This document shows, piece by piece, positions 8,910 through 16,945 of a stretch of DNA of 32,379 nt. Below the pieces are notes generated by a model. That model did no database searches and was not told the origin of the DNA. It worked only from the letters and a program-made list of their open reading frames with translations. Position numbers and translations under genes: made by a program. The first letter of the stretch is position 1, and each line of letters opens with the position of its first letter. The stretch comes from an uncultured Bacteroidales bacterium (GTDB taxonomy: Bacteria; Bacteroidota; Bacteroidia; Bacteroidales; Paludibacteraceae). The stretch covers positions 1 to 32,379 of the forward strand of contig CAMJFV010000001.1 in the NCBI GenBank assembly GCA_946405045.1, in the 5' to 3' direction.

Positions 8910-9177
8910 TATGGACCTCCTTTCGACATTCGTCATCACCGATATCATTTTTCATCGGTGGTATTGGATGTGGTATTTCTATCAGCGGTTTGCATATGTT
9001 ATCTTTAATAAGCTTTTCGACAAATTCATGAATTCTTTGTAAAAGAACCAATCTAGAATTTAAGTCCGAATCATTTGTGACTGGAATTTCATCCATTTGT
9101 GATTTTATGTCACATAGAGCCTTTAATGTATTAATGTAATCATCGTGTTCATCATGTTTTGCAGATGTCAAATCCAT
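8884..9177 (-). CDS. hypothetical protein (97 aa)
   Basis: ATG at 9177 is preceded by AAAGGAGA. Confidence 0.6.
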   Translation of the reverse strand: MDLTSAKHDEHDDYINTLKALCDIKSQMDEIPVTNDSDLNSRLVLLQRIHEFVEKLIKDNICKPLIEIPHPIPPMKNDIGDDECRKEVHNDTRDQKG

Positions 9178-9535
9178 AAAATGTCACATCTCCTTTTGGC
9201 GATATGCCGATTCTGGCTTCGGTTGCCACATCTGGATGTTGTGCAACATCAACATGTGCCTGTACAGGATATCCCCAATTCTCACCACCAGGCAGTCTGT
9301 CGGAAGGATGATCGATTTCACCGCGCCATTTTCCGTCGTTGATTAATTTATCACGATGCTTTTCAAAGTCAGCAACGGCAGCTGATATAAATTCCGGAGA
9401 ATAGTATCGACCATTCCGGTTCTTATATCTGATTTTTATAACTTTCTTGCGAATAAAGCTTTTATATTCGTAGCCATGGATGAGACCATGTCTTTTCGCA
9501 AGTCTGCTAAGCTTTTTACGTTTCTTCCAGTTCAT
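9152..9535 (-). CDS. hypothetical protein, paralog family B (basic N-terminal module) member (127 aa)
   Basis: ATGA overlap at 9532-9535, with GGAGGTGA 6 nt upstream. N-terminus MNWKKRKKLSRLAKRHGLIHGYEYKSF matches the family B module. Confidence 0.75.
   Translation of the reverse strand: MNWKKRKKLSRLAKRHGLIHGYEYKSFIRKKVIKIRYKNRNGRYYSPEFISAAVADFEKHRDKLINDGKWRGEIDHPSDRLPGGENWGYPVQAHVDVAQHPDVATEARIGISPKGDVTFYGFDICKT
9509..9535 (-). repeat. 27-nt perfect direct repeat, copy 1 (family B leader MNWKKRKKL)
   Basis: aagctttttacgtttcttccagttcat is identical to 9850-9876. The flanking bases differ on both sides. Confidence 0.9.
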
Positions 9536-9876
9536 TCGTCGTCACCTCCGATATCTACTTTACCAGCTAGCTGCGGTCTATAGAATTCGTCGACTGTACA
9601 CCGGATCTGAGCCCTTTTCAGTTTCGCCCGACGCAAGCGTTTGTACCTCTTTACGTTGTATGCCCATGGTGGCATCTTCAAATCATCGTCGCGCACAGGA
9701 CGAACACAATACTGACATGAATTGATCAGAGCGGACGCTGATCCGCCGTAATAACAGATCCAGTCAAAGCATTTACACTGGACATAGATTTTGTACAGAT
9801 GCGGCCGTTTCGCAATTGTCCCTCGGAGTGGCTTCTTAGCTAACTTCCGAAGCTTTTTACGTTTCTTCCAGTTCAT
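9532..9876 (-). CDS. hypothetical protein, paralog family B member, Cys-rich variant (114 aa)
   Basis: Start chosen at 9876 (MNWKKRKKLRKLAK) by paralogy, with AGAGGA 8 nt upstream. Contains CKCFDWIC...CQYC. Confidence 0.7.
   Translation of the reverse strand: MNWKKRKKLRKLAKKPLRGTIAKRPHLYKIYVQCKCFDWICYYGGSASALINSCQYCVRPVRDDDLKMPPWAYNVKRYKRLRRAKLKRAQIRCTVDEFYRPQLAGKVDIGGDDE
9850..9876 (-). repeat. 27-nt perfect direct repeat, copy 2 (family B leader MNWKKRKKL)
   Basis: Identical to 9509-9535. A diverged third version lies at about 13514-13541. Confidence 0.9.
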
Positions 9877-10426
9877 CTTCATCATCCTCTGTATCGTCAT
9901 CATCGTCATCCGGCAGACTTGAAATGAGATCATCGAGCTTTTCCATCATACTCATAATCATCTGATGAAAATCTTTTTTGAAATAGATGTCTGAATCCGG
10001 CGGCAGAATGTTCCGAAGGCACTTTGATACGGCATCACCAAAGTATGTAACCCCTTCGAGCATTTCACCAGCTAGCGGATCTTTTCCGCTTGAGTCTACC
10101 GAAACCATATTATCTTTGATTCTGATGAACATCGAGACATCTGGTATCAGTTTCGGAAATGCGATGTGTATCGTGTGAGTTGAACGAAAGATGATGATAA
10201 TCGGTTTATCATGATCTTCAATATGATTTTTCGTACAGATCATAGCACCTTGTACGAACGACTCACCAGTGTCCGATTTAATGGCAATCTCCCCTTCATT
10301 AAAAGTAGAGACATCAACGACGCATTCGTCAAGATACTCTTTGGGAACACAATACATGCGCAAACATTGCAGCACATTGTAAAAGATCATCTGAGACAGA
10401 CATTCATCCGAGATTCTATATTTCAT
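9857..10426 (-). CDS. hypothetical protein with poly-acidic C-terminal tail (189 aa)
   Basis: ATG is preceded by CAGGAGGTAAAAGA. C-terminus is LPDDDDDDTEDDEDELEET. Confidence 0.75.
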   Translation of the reverse strand: MKYRISDECLSQMIFYNVLQCLRMYCVPKEYLDECVVDVSTFNEGEIAIKSDTGESFVQGAMICTKNHIEDHDKPIIIIFRSTHTIHIAFPKLIPDVSMFIRIKDNMVSVDSSGKDPLAGEMLEGVTYFGDAVSKCLRNILPPDSDIYFKKDFHQMIMSMMEKLDDLISSLPDDDDDDTEDDEDELEET

Positions 10427-10441
10427 TCTTTTACCTCCTGT

Positions 10442-11428
10442 TTAATCCTTTCTGTTGTGGTGGTTATTGATGTTCACCATCATCAGATACTCATTGATCT
10501 TCAACTTCAGTACATCATACCATCTGTCTGTCGGAAGATACTCACTGCCCTCTGCGGCGTTGTATATCATCGGATATGGTAAACGTACAAAAGTTCTCGG
10601 ATCAAGTTGAAGAATATCTGTCTGATGAAGTGTGTGGGGCATATCAATACGAATCAGACCATTGTCGAAACATGTCAACCACATACTTGCTGGGTTATAT
10701 GTTCCACTACAAGTCCACATCCTTCCCCAGTATACTTCGAACTCATCTTTGGCAAATGTACTGAAAAATGATTTGATTCCATCAGTTTGACCAATAACAG
10801 TCGGAAGATAACGTTTGTCAAGTTCCGCAGCCATAACATTGAGAATCTGAATCAGACCAATTGAAAACAAATATCGTCCATTCAGCATGGCTTCCTTCTT
10901 CATTCGTTCACCAGAATCATCCATCATTTCACCGATGAGATACGGTGGCCAGATATCCATGTTTTTCTCAATGTCTTTGATATAGTCGGTGATTAGCTTA
11001 TCTCTTTGCTCTTCTTTCGAGCAGTTGTAATTACCCCGTCCAAGCTCGAATTCGATATTAGATCTAATATCGAAATATTTGTGGAACGGTTTATCTTTTT
11101 CAATCTCTTTGAGCATTTCTGATTTCTTGAATCCACTCAGTTCGACCCAATCCGGATCAGCATAGCTCATATAATACAACCGTTCATGGAGCATAAGCAT
11201 TTCCATTGCTTTCGGATCAATGATGCATAGACCCTGGTTGTATGATAGATACACGAACAGAATCTGAATGTCAGGATTGTCCGGATCTGCAGGTTTCGGA
11301 TCGAGTCTCCGGAATCTAATCAGCGCGTACGGATCCCAATAGTGTTCGGGTTCCACATGAACATATGATGCATTATATCTCTTTTCGCAGAGATACTTGT
11401 ATAACGCACAAAAATACAGACGATTCAT
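10442..11428 (-). CDS. hypothetical protein (328 aa)
   Basis: Long ORF. ATGA overlap at 11425-11428, with GAGGAGGA 6 nt upstream. Confidence 0.8.
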   Translation of the reverse strand: MNRLYFCALYKYLCEKRYNASYVHVEPEHYWDPYALIRFRRLDPKPADPDNPDIQILFVYLSYNQGLCIIDPKAMEMLMLHERLYYMSYADPDWVELSGFKKSEMLKEIEKDKPFHKYFDIRSNIEFELGRGNYNCSKEEQRDKLITDYIKDIEKNMDIWPPYLIGEMMDDSGERMKKEAMLNGRYLFSIGLIQILNVMAAELDKRYLPTVIGQTDGIKSFFSTFAKDEFEVYWGRMWTCSGTYNPASMWLTCFDNGLIRIDMPHTLHQTDILQLDPRTFVRLPYPMIYNAAEGSEYLPTDRWYDVLKLKINEYLMMVNINNHHNRKD

Positions 11429-11760
11429 TCATCATCCTCCTCTGTTTTATTGTCCCATGGACGACACACGGTCAGATTTACCGCCCCATAGTAATTCATA
11501 TGATCAGCGGTGTCGATGTCAATATCCTTGACCCATTCAAGGAATCTCGGATAAGTGTCGTCCACATTGTTGTTACTCACGTTCAGAAAATGCGCAGACC
11601 AAGTTTCCGAGAAAGCAAACCACAGTTTCTCGAGTGTCATCAAATCACAGTTGATCTTGATATGATCCGCTTCGAGAAAGTCGACAAGCTTTTTCATGTC
11701 AGCCGGAAATTCGAAATCACACTCGTCAAACGGTGTTGGCGGGAATTCAAGACATTTCAT
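11425..11760 (-). CDS. hypothetical protein (111 aa)
   Basis: ATG at 11760 is 8 nt after AAAGGAGA. Confidence 0.7.
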   Translation of the reverse strand: MKCLEFPPTPFDECDFEFPADMKKLVDFLEADHIKINCDLMTLEKLWFAFSETWSAHFLNVSNNNVDDTYPRFLEWVKDIDIDTADHMNYYGAVNLTVCRPWDNKTEEDDE

Positions 11761-11775
11761 GTTGCATATCTCCTT

Positions 11776-12411
11776 TCATATGTTGGATTTTTCATCAGAT
11801 GGATCCAGAATCTGTGCACCGATGTTAACATTAAATGAGACACCATTTCTGTTTCCGTTCTGACTATATTGAACTCTGTATTGATGACCGGGTTTCCAAT
11901 GTAACCATTCGATATTAAGTGTGTCATGGTTATTGGGATCATATAACCCCACTTCTTGACAGAGTTCTTTGATATACTTTTCATCTACAGCTCTTTCAAG
12001 ATTCGTCTGGAAACGTTCATCTTCAGAACGTCTCGGATGCTCATCGTATTTTAACACAGTCCGCTCCAAGATGTCAGCAATTTTACCAGCTTTATAATCT
12101 AATAGTGCCATTTCTTCATCCGGTGTTCTGAAGGTGTATGCAGTGAGACCGTTCTCACACAGATTACAAGGAATCCATAAATCATTCATATAATTATCGT
12201 CTCTTTTAAAAGAAACATAGAATCCATCTTTTGTATGAATATCATCTGCCTTTTTGACATTAGTGACTAGCGCCCAGTATTGTTTGTTTGGAGAGAGTTT
12301 CATTCTTTTGAAGTCAATGTGATACTTTGTACATTGATCAGCATCTCGAAATATCAACACAACAAAGTGTACATATTTGAGATCTTCCAATGTATGCACT
12401 TCCTTAAACAT
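11776..12411 (-). CDS. hypothetical protein (211 aa)
   Basis: ATG at 12411 is preceded by ACAAGGAGGACAATC. Confidence 0.8.
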   Translation of the reverse strand: MFKEVHTLEDLKYVHFVVLIFRDADQCTKYHIDFKRMKLSPNKQYWALVTNVKKADDIHTKDGFYVSFKRDDNYMNDLWIPCNLCENGLTAYTFRTPDEEMALLDYKAGKIADILERTVLKYDEHPRRSEDERFQTNLERAVDEKYIKELCQEVGLYDPNNHDTLNIEWLHWKPGHQYRVQYSQNGNRNGVSFNVNIGAQILDPSDEKSNI

Positions 12412-12550
12412 GATTGTCCTCCTTGTTGATTCTTCTCACCTTGACAATTTCCGGTGTTCTATAGATCGTTCCTGATTTACAATGATCAGTCATTCGGATA
12501 GTGACCACTGTATCCCCAATTGTGTAATCAAACGTGGTAGGCTTTTCCAT
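12404..12550 (-). CDS. small ORF not in the supplied track (48 aa, MEKPTTFDYTIGDTVVTIRMTDHCKSGTIYRTPEIVKVRRINKEDNHV)
   Basis: Hand translation of the only sizeable gap in the left half of the window. ATG at 12550 overlaps the upstream TAA by 1 nt (TAATG) and lies 8 nt after GGAGGA. Its stop overlaps the next gene's start (ATGTTTAA). Confidence 0.45.
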   Translation of the reverse strand: MEKPTTFDYTIGDTVVTIRMTDHCKSGTIYRTPEIVKVRRINKEDNHV

Positions 12551-12918
12551 TATTCAAATCCTCCATTGTGTTTGACGATAATATTTGTTGGTTTGTCGAT
12601 TTTGATTGATTGAGATGTGGATTCGTCATTTGTAAATTGAACGATCATCCCATCCTGGTGTTCAAGTTCGTCAACGTTCTTCATCACTTTTGCATACCAC
12701 TCTTCCTGAGTCATACAATACTCGGGAAATCCTGCTTTACAAAACATTTGATTCATTCTGGGAAGAACTTCTGACCAATGAATCAAACAGTTCTTGAGTG
12801 CATGATCGAATGCGGCGTAATGAACACAAAACCTCACCGAACGTTTGTATTCATAATAATGCGTGAATCCATAATGGTGTGCGATTCTGCGCTGTTTCTT
12901 ACGTTTCCGCCAATGCAT
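12550..12918 (-). CDS. hypothetical protein, paralog family B member (122 aa)
   Basis: The upstream TGA is followed directly by the ATG. N-terminus is MHWRKRKKQRRIAHHYGFTHYYEYKR. Confidence 0.75.
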   Translation of the reverse strand: MHWRKRKKQRRIAHHYGFTHYYEYKRSVRFCVHYAAFDHALKNCLIHWSEVLPRMNQMFCKAGFPEYCMTQEEWYAKVMKNVDELEHQDGMIVQFTNDESTSQSIKIDKPTNIIVKHNGGFE

Positions 12919-13362
12919 TCAATCTACCTCTATTCCCATTGCTTCACATGCAGACGATGCCGCCTTCTTACGGTTATTCATATAGGCATGCCATTCGTTG
13001 AGATACTGCTCAACCTTAGATGCAAACTCTGGAGTCGATTCCGATAATTCCGTAAAAGGAATCTTGATCTCAGGATTGTCTGTTGGTGGCGGAACCACTT
13101 GCGTGCCAGGATATACACCTCGCAAAAGTGTTACATTCACCGGCCACGATTTAAAGCGGTTCGTAGTGAAAGGTGATGTCACGATGTAAATCATATTTCG
13201 CTGAAAACCTTTCATGTTGGCTGTCTCCAGCCTCCAAGCTTTCACGTATTCAACACCGTGTTTCGCTGCTGCGAGTTCCCATACACGTTGCCACCAGCGA
13301 TAATCTTTATAATGGAAATGTCCATCACGTTTCCAAAGTTTTTTCTTCTGTCGTGCGTTCAT
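12919..13362 (-). CDS. hypothetical protein, paralog family B member (147 aa)
   Basis: ATGA overlap at 13359-13362, with AAAGGAGTGA upstream. N-terminus is MNARQKKKLWKRDGHFHYKDYRWWQR. Confidence 0.75.
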   Translation of the reverse strand: MNARQKKKLWKRDGHFHYKDYRWWQRVWELAAAKHGVEYVKAWRLETANMKGFQRNMIYIVTSPFTTNRFKSWPVNVTLLRGVYPGTQVVPPPTDNPEIKIPFTELSESTPEFASKVEQYLNEWHAYMNNRKKAASSACEAMGIEVD

Positions 13363-13541
13363 GATTTGTCACTCCTTTTACCGATCAATACTCTCCAAGC
13401 TTCGCTATGTTTCGCTATGCAATATGCCATATATAGATCGAGATGACATATCCCATAAATTACACGTCTCCATTCATAATAATGGGATTTTCCATGTGAA
13501 TGGGCAATCTTACGAAGCTTCTTTCGTTTTCTCCAGTTCAT
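13359..13541 (-). CDS. hypothetical protein, short paralog family B member (60 aa)
   Basis: Start set at 13541 (MNWRKRKKLRKIAHSHGKSHYYEWRR) by paralogy. It lies 4 nt after the upstream TGA. The track ORF start at 13592 would overlap the upstream gene by 47 nt. Confidence 0.6.
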   Translation of the reverse strand: MNWRKRKKLRKIAHSHGKSHYYEWRRVIYGICHLDLYMAYCIAKHSEAWRVLIGKRSDKS

Positions 13542-13545
13542 CTGA

Positions 13546-13899
13546 TCAACCGTCCTCTCCTCCATTATTTTTTCTGAGATCGAACACGGCACTGTTCATA
13601 TGTTCGATTGATTCACTTTCAGTCACGATATCATCATATCTACCGAAACAAGAACCGACGCAATTTTCCAATTCCGGCATCGGATAGCGTCTGTATGTCC
13701 TGTTGAAAATCTTTGTCGGAGGTTTCGTGAATAAAATAGTTTTTGCACTATTAAACATATACTGTTTAAAGGCATAGGGACCGTCGTGATTAACGACAGA
13801 TCCAAAGATACTGTACAGAATCTTCACCCGCAATTTATAATCGCGATAATGAAAGAATCCTGCACGATTCTCAAGCTTCTTCTTTTGACGCTTGTTCAT
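13546..13899 (-). CDS. hypothetical protein, paralog family B member (117 aa)
   Basis: ATG is preceded by TGGAGGTAAAG. N-terminus is MNKRQKKKLENRAGFFHYRDYKLRVK. Confidence 0.75.
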   Translation of the reverse strand: MNKRQKKKLENRAGFFHYRDYKLRVKILYSIFGSVVNHDGPYAFKQYMFNSAKTILFTKPPTKIFNRTYRRYPMPELENCVGSCFGRYDDIVTESESIEHMNSAVFDLRKNNGGEDG

Positions 13900-14452
13900 C
13901 TACTTTACCTCCATTCAGGATATTCTTGATCTCATCTTTCAAATGTTCTGCAGCCCAGCTGTCATAACCAACATATGAATCGATCAACTCATTAATCTTT
14001 TTAATCATCACATCGGTTTTCGGAATATTGATACCGACTTTCTTGGCGGTCGCCTCAGTAAGCACCTTTTCCAGGTTTGGATCGTATTGCTTGCAGATCC
14101 GCAACCATGCACCGGATAGTTCACGCTCCATAAATATTGAGTTGAATTTGTTTGCTCCCGGATAATTTTCATGTATATAACGCGACATGATTTCGTTAAC
14201 CATGTCTTCTCTCGGTATTCCAAATACACAAGCGGTATCTTGTCCTTTATAACCGTCAATCCAACATAGGCGCTCATTTAAAGACTCAAAATCAATGTTT
14301 TCCCATTCCTCTGTGCTATAGTCTTTGAAGTTGATATGCTGCGTGTGGTTTTTGTCAACAAACAATTCAAATGTGTTATGCCACATCACAACTCGAAGTT
14401 TTACTCGAGTAGGAGAAACCCTTTCAAGGAACGTTACAAATGATATTGCCAT
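13871..14452 (-). CDS. hypothetical protein (193 aa)
   Basis: ATG is preceded by GAAAGGAGGAACGT. Confidence 0.75.
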   Translation of the reverse strand: MAISFVTFLERVSPTRVKLRVVMWHNTFELFVDKNHTQHINFKDYSTEEWENIDFESLNERLCWIDGYKGQDTACVFGIPREDMVNEIMSRYIHENYPGANKFNSIFMERELSGAWLRICKQYDPNLEKVLTEATAKKVGINIPKTDVMIKKINELIDSYVGYDSWAAEHLKDEIKNILNGGKVDEQASKEEA

Positions 14453-14464
14453 ACGTTCCTCCTT

Positions 14465-14749
14465 TCAGAATTGATGGAATGTGACGGTTTCATCTACTGG
14501 ATTCACATCGATGTTGTTCGTACAAATTGTTGTTTTACACGGATACATGCCGTTGTTGGTCAGATAACTGCTGAACTTGAATTCGTACTCTCTATCGGAG
14601 AAGTCGAATACACGAAACGGGAGCACAACGGCTCCCGTTCCAGTCACGTTTGTTTCACGTTTTGCTTCGCAACAGAACCGGATTTGATAATTGCCGGCAC
14701 CTGTTGTTTCAAGTGATTCAAGCATTGTTTTCAACTGACTCACTGTCAT
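14465..14749 (-). CDS. hypothetical protein (94 aa)
   Basis: Track ORF opens on TTG at 14758. ATG at 14749 is 9 nt after AAAGGAGG. Confidence 0.65.
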   Translation of the reverse strand: MTVSQLKTMLESLETTGAGNYQIRFCCEAKRETNVTGTGAVVLPFRVFDFSDREYEFKFSSYLTNNGMYPCKTTICTNNIDVNPVDETVTFHQF

Positions 14750-15065
14750 GTTCTTCAACCTCCTTTATCGCAGTTGCTTTCCAGTGAAAATATTCATCCC
14801 ATCCTGGACCAAATGCTGTATACATCAGCCGTGCAAACATTTCTGGATTATGTTCTGCGATTTCTCTGAGTGTGCTTTTCTCAGTAATAGCAAACTCCTC
14901 GTTGTCAGATTTCTTCTTCTCAACAGGTTCGATGATTATGCGAAACTTCTTTCCCTTTGGAGATTTCTCCAGATGCCGATACAATCGACCTTGTAATGTG
15001 TTGATAAACGACGGTCTGAAAATCGTCGTTTTGTCAATCGTTGCAATTTCAATACGTTTATCCAT
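14718..15065 (-). CDS. hypothetical protein (115 aa)
   Basis: The upstream TAA is followed directly by the ATG (TTAAATG), with TGGAGGT upstream. Confidence 0.7.
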   Translation of the reverse strand: MDKRIEIATIDKTTIFRPSFINTLQGRLYRHLEKSPKGKKFRIIIEPVEKKKSDNEEFAITEKSTLREIAEHNPEMFARLMYTAFGPGWDEYFHWKATAIKEVEEHDSESVENNA

Positions 15066-15320
15066 TTAAACCTCCATTGGGACTTTTACAAAGATTTGTC
15101 CAGTGTTGAGATCTGAATATGGAATCAGTGTTTCAATAAGCTGATTGGCTTCATCAAAGAATACAACACTGAGTGTCTTTTCGTCACAGTTCTTGATGAG
15201 ACAATGATACCATGTTCGCGGTTTGATATTCCATGTTTTCGGAATATCTTTCACGAATGCAAGTGTGACATAATTGCGATAACAGAACTCCACAAACCCA
15301 AGTGGCGCTTTACCCATCAT
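15066..15320 (-). CDS. hypothetical protein (84 aa)
   Basis: ATG at 15320 is preceded by AGAGGAGGAAGAAGACA. The track start at 15353 lies inside the upstream gene. Confidence 0.65.
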   Translation of the reverse strand: MMGKAPLGFVEFCYRNYVTLAFVKDIPKTWNIKPRTWYHCLIKNCDEKTLSVVFFDEANQLIETLIPYSDLNTGQIFVKVPMEV

Positions 15321-15876
15321 TGTCTTCTTCCTCCTCTGAATCAAATGATTCAACTGTTAACGGACGATCGGTTGTTGCTCTGAGGAATCTACTGCATGTA
15401 TCATGTACGATGTCAGTGAACAGTTTACGATCCCCATTCACTTCCTTTTGCTTAAGAGGCTTTCCATCAGCATCATGTACGTCCATTGTAAGATTCCACC
15501 GATCATCTACAACACGCAGCCTTACAAAAACATGAGTAGCAACCGGATTAAATGATAATATAATATTGAATGCATTATAATCGATTGTACTCTGCTGCAA
15601 AGACATCGACACAATAGATCCATCACTTGATGAATTAATCCATGTATCGCCGGATTCGTCTGTAACGTTGTCCTTGACTTCAGCGACCATGCGGCATCCA
15701 TCAATCAAGTTCCAGTTAGTACCATCAGCTCCAACTGTGTCGCCAGTATGTACGACGAACAGTTCACGTTTACCAGCATCCGCCTCTTTGATACTGTTAG
15801 CCATATCAAACATGATCATGTGATAGAGCATATTTGACAACGAAAAACTTGTTGCAAAAGAATGATTTACTTCCAT
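15310..15876 (-). CDS. hypothetical protein (188 aa)
   Basis: ATG is preceded by GAAAGGAGAATATCATA. Confidence 0.75.
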   Translation of the reverse strand: MEVNHSFATSFSLSNMLYHMIMFDMANSIKEADAGKRELFVVHTGDTVGADGTNWNLIDGCRMVAEVKDNVTDESGDTWINSSSDGSIVSMSLQQSTIDYNAFNIILSFNPVATHVFVRLRVVDDRWNLTMDVHDADGKPLKQKEVNGDRKLFTDIVHDTCSRFLRATTDRPLTVESFDSEEEEDNDG

Positions 15877-15891
15877 TATGATATTCTCCTT

Positions 15892-16254
15892 TCAATCATT
15901 AACACATAACACGAATTCTGTGATTCTAACGATCTTTTGATTTTTGCCGTCAATCAACATATGGGGTTTGATACCAAAGATGCTTTTGTTCTCATCAGTA
16001 ATACCAAGATGCTGTTGAATGGGAACAACCGAAGCATTGTTCGAACGTACAGATGTCACGAATCCTACACAGTTATGCATGTCAGGAATCATGTTGTCAC
16101 TTGGTGTACGCATGACAGGAATACCTTTTCCATGTGTCATGATTTCCTGAAACACTGCATCATTTTCAATGTACTCAGTAAACATCCCGCTGTAAGTTTG
16201 TGATACTCGCAACGGGATAGAATATGTTAACTGAGTAATGTTTCCTTCACTCAT
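15892..16254 (-). CDS. hypothetical protein (120 aa)
   Basis: ATGA overlap at 16251-16254. Confidence 0.7.
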   Translation of the reverse strand: MSEGNITQLTYSIPLRVSQTYSGMFTEYIENDAVFQEIMTHGKGIPVMRTPSDNMIPDMHNCVGFVTSVRSNNASVVPIQQHLGITDENKSIFGIKPHMLIDGKNQKIVRITEFVLCVND

Positions 16255-16943
16255 TTATCTTTCCTTTCCGGAACAATACATTTCCGAATCCAAAGTTTGT
16301 CACTCATCAGATGTTCGATCGTAATCTTATATCCAGTAGAACCAAAGGCATCACCGATAACCCAGATGCCGTCCGAAACGACTGAATCGATCATTGCAAA
16401 TGACTCAGTACCCTTGATGTCAGGTAATGTACCTTCGATCCATTCAATGAAAAGCGGGGTTCCCTGTTTGAAATAATTCTCATCGACAACCAGTTTTGTC
16501 TGGAAAAGAATGCCTTTGTATTGATCGACATCTTTCGTGACACCTTTTACAATATCTTTGAACCATTTCTCATTATCGAGATTTATGATCCGCAGACCAG
16601 ATAGATTTTGGCATTTCTCCTCGAAGGCTCGTTCCATCGGTAACGTTACAGTTCCATCGATGTCAACAGATTTTTTGGTTAGATCGAGAAGTTCATTAGC
16701 TTCTTTTTTCATATCCATCATATATCGAGAGAATGTCTCTTTATCGATTTTGGTGTTTGATGGAACATCCATGATGTCATACTGGAATACGAGTCTGGTC
16801 GCACAACTCCAGCAAAGTGGTATTCCCATGAAGAGATGGATCTCATCGTCTGGCCACCAAGGTGAATGTGATTTCCGAGTGCATCCACATACGAAACAAT
16901 CATGTCGTTTGATGGTCTTTGGATATGATAATTCTTTTGGCAT
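16251..16943 (-). CDS. hypothetical protein with N-terminal Cys cluster (230 aa)
   Basis: Track ORF opens on TTG. ATG at 16943 is 6 nt after GAGGAGGA. Cys cluster CFVCGC ... CWSC. Confidence 0.75.
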   Translation of the reverse strand: MPKELSYPKTIKRHDCFVCGCTRKSHSPWWPDDEIHLFMGIPLCWSCATRLVFQYDIMDVPSNTKIDKETFSRYMMDMKKEANELLDLTKKSVDIDGTVTLPMERAFEEKCQNLSGLRIINLDNEKWFKDIVKGVTKDVDQYKGILFQTKLVVDENYFKQGTPLFIEWIEGTLPDIKGTESFAMIDSVVSDGIWVIGDAFGSTGYKITIEHLMSDKLWIRKCIVPERKDK

Positions 16944-16945
16944 TG

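Noticed and set aside
13390-13420. A short direct repeat TTCGCTATG-T-TTCGCTATG on the plus strand.
   Set aside because: It lies inside the coding sequence of the short family B member (13359-13541). It is only 9 nt x 2 and has no intergenic context, so it is probably coincidental.
15892-16254. The 120-aa ORF faintly resembles the N-terminus of HK97-type prohead proteases (GIPVMRTP...VGFVTSV).
   Set aside because: The ORF is far too short. No Ser/His catalytic pair is evident, and no other morphogenesis genes are nearby.
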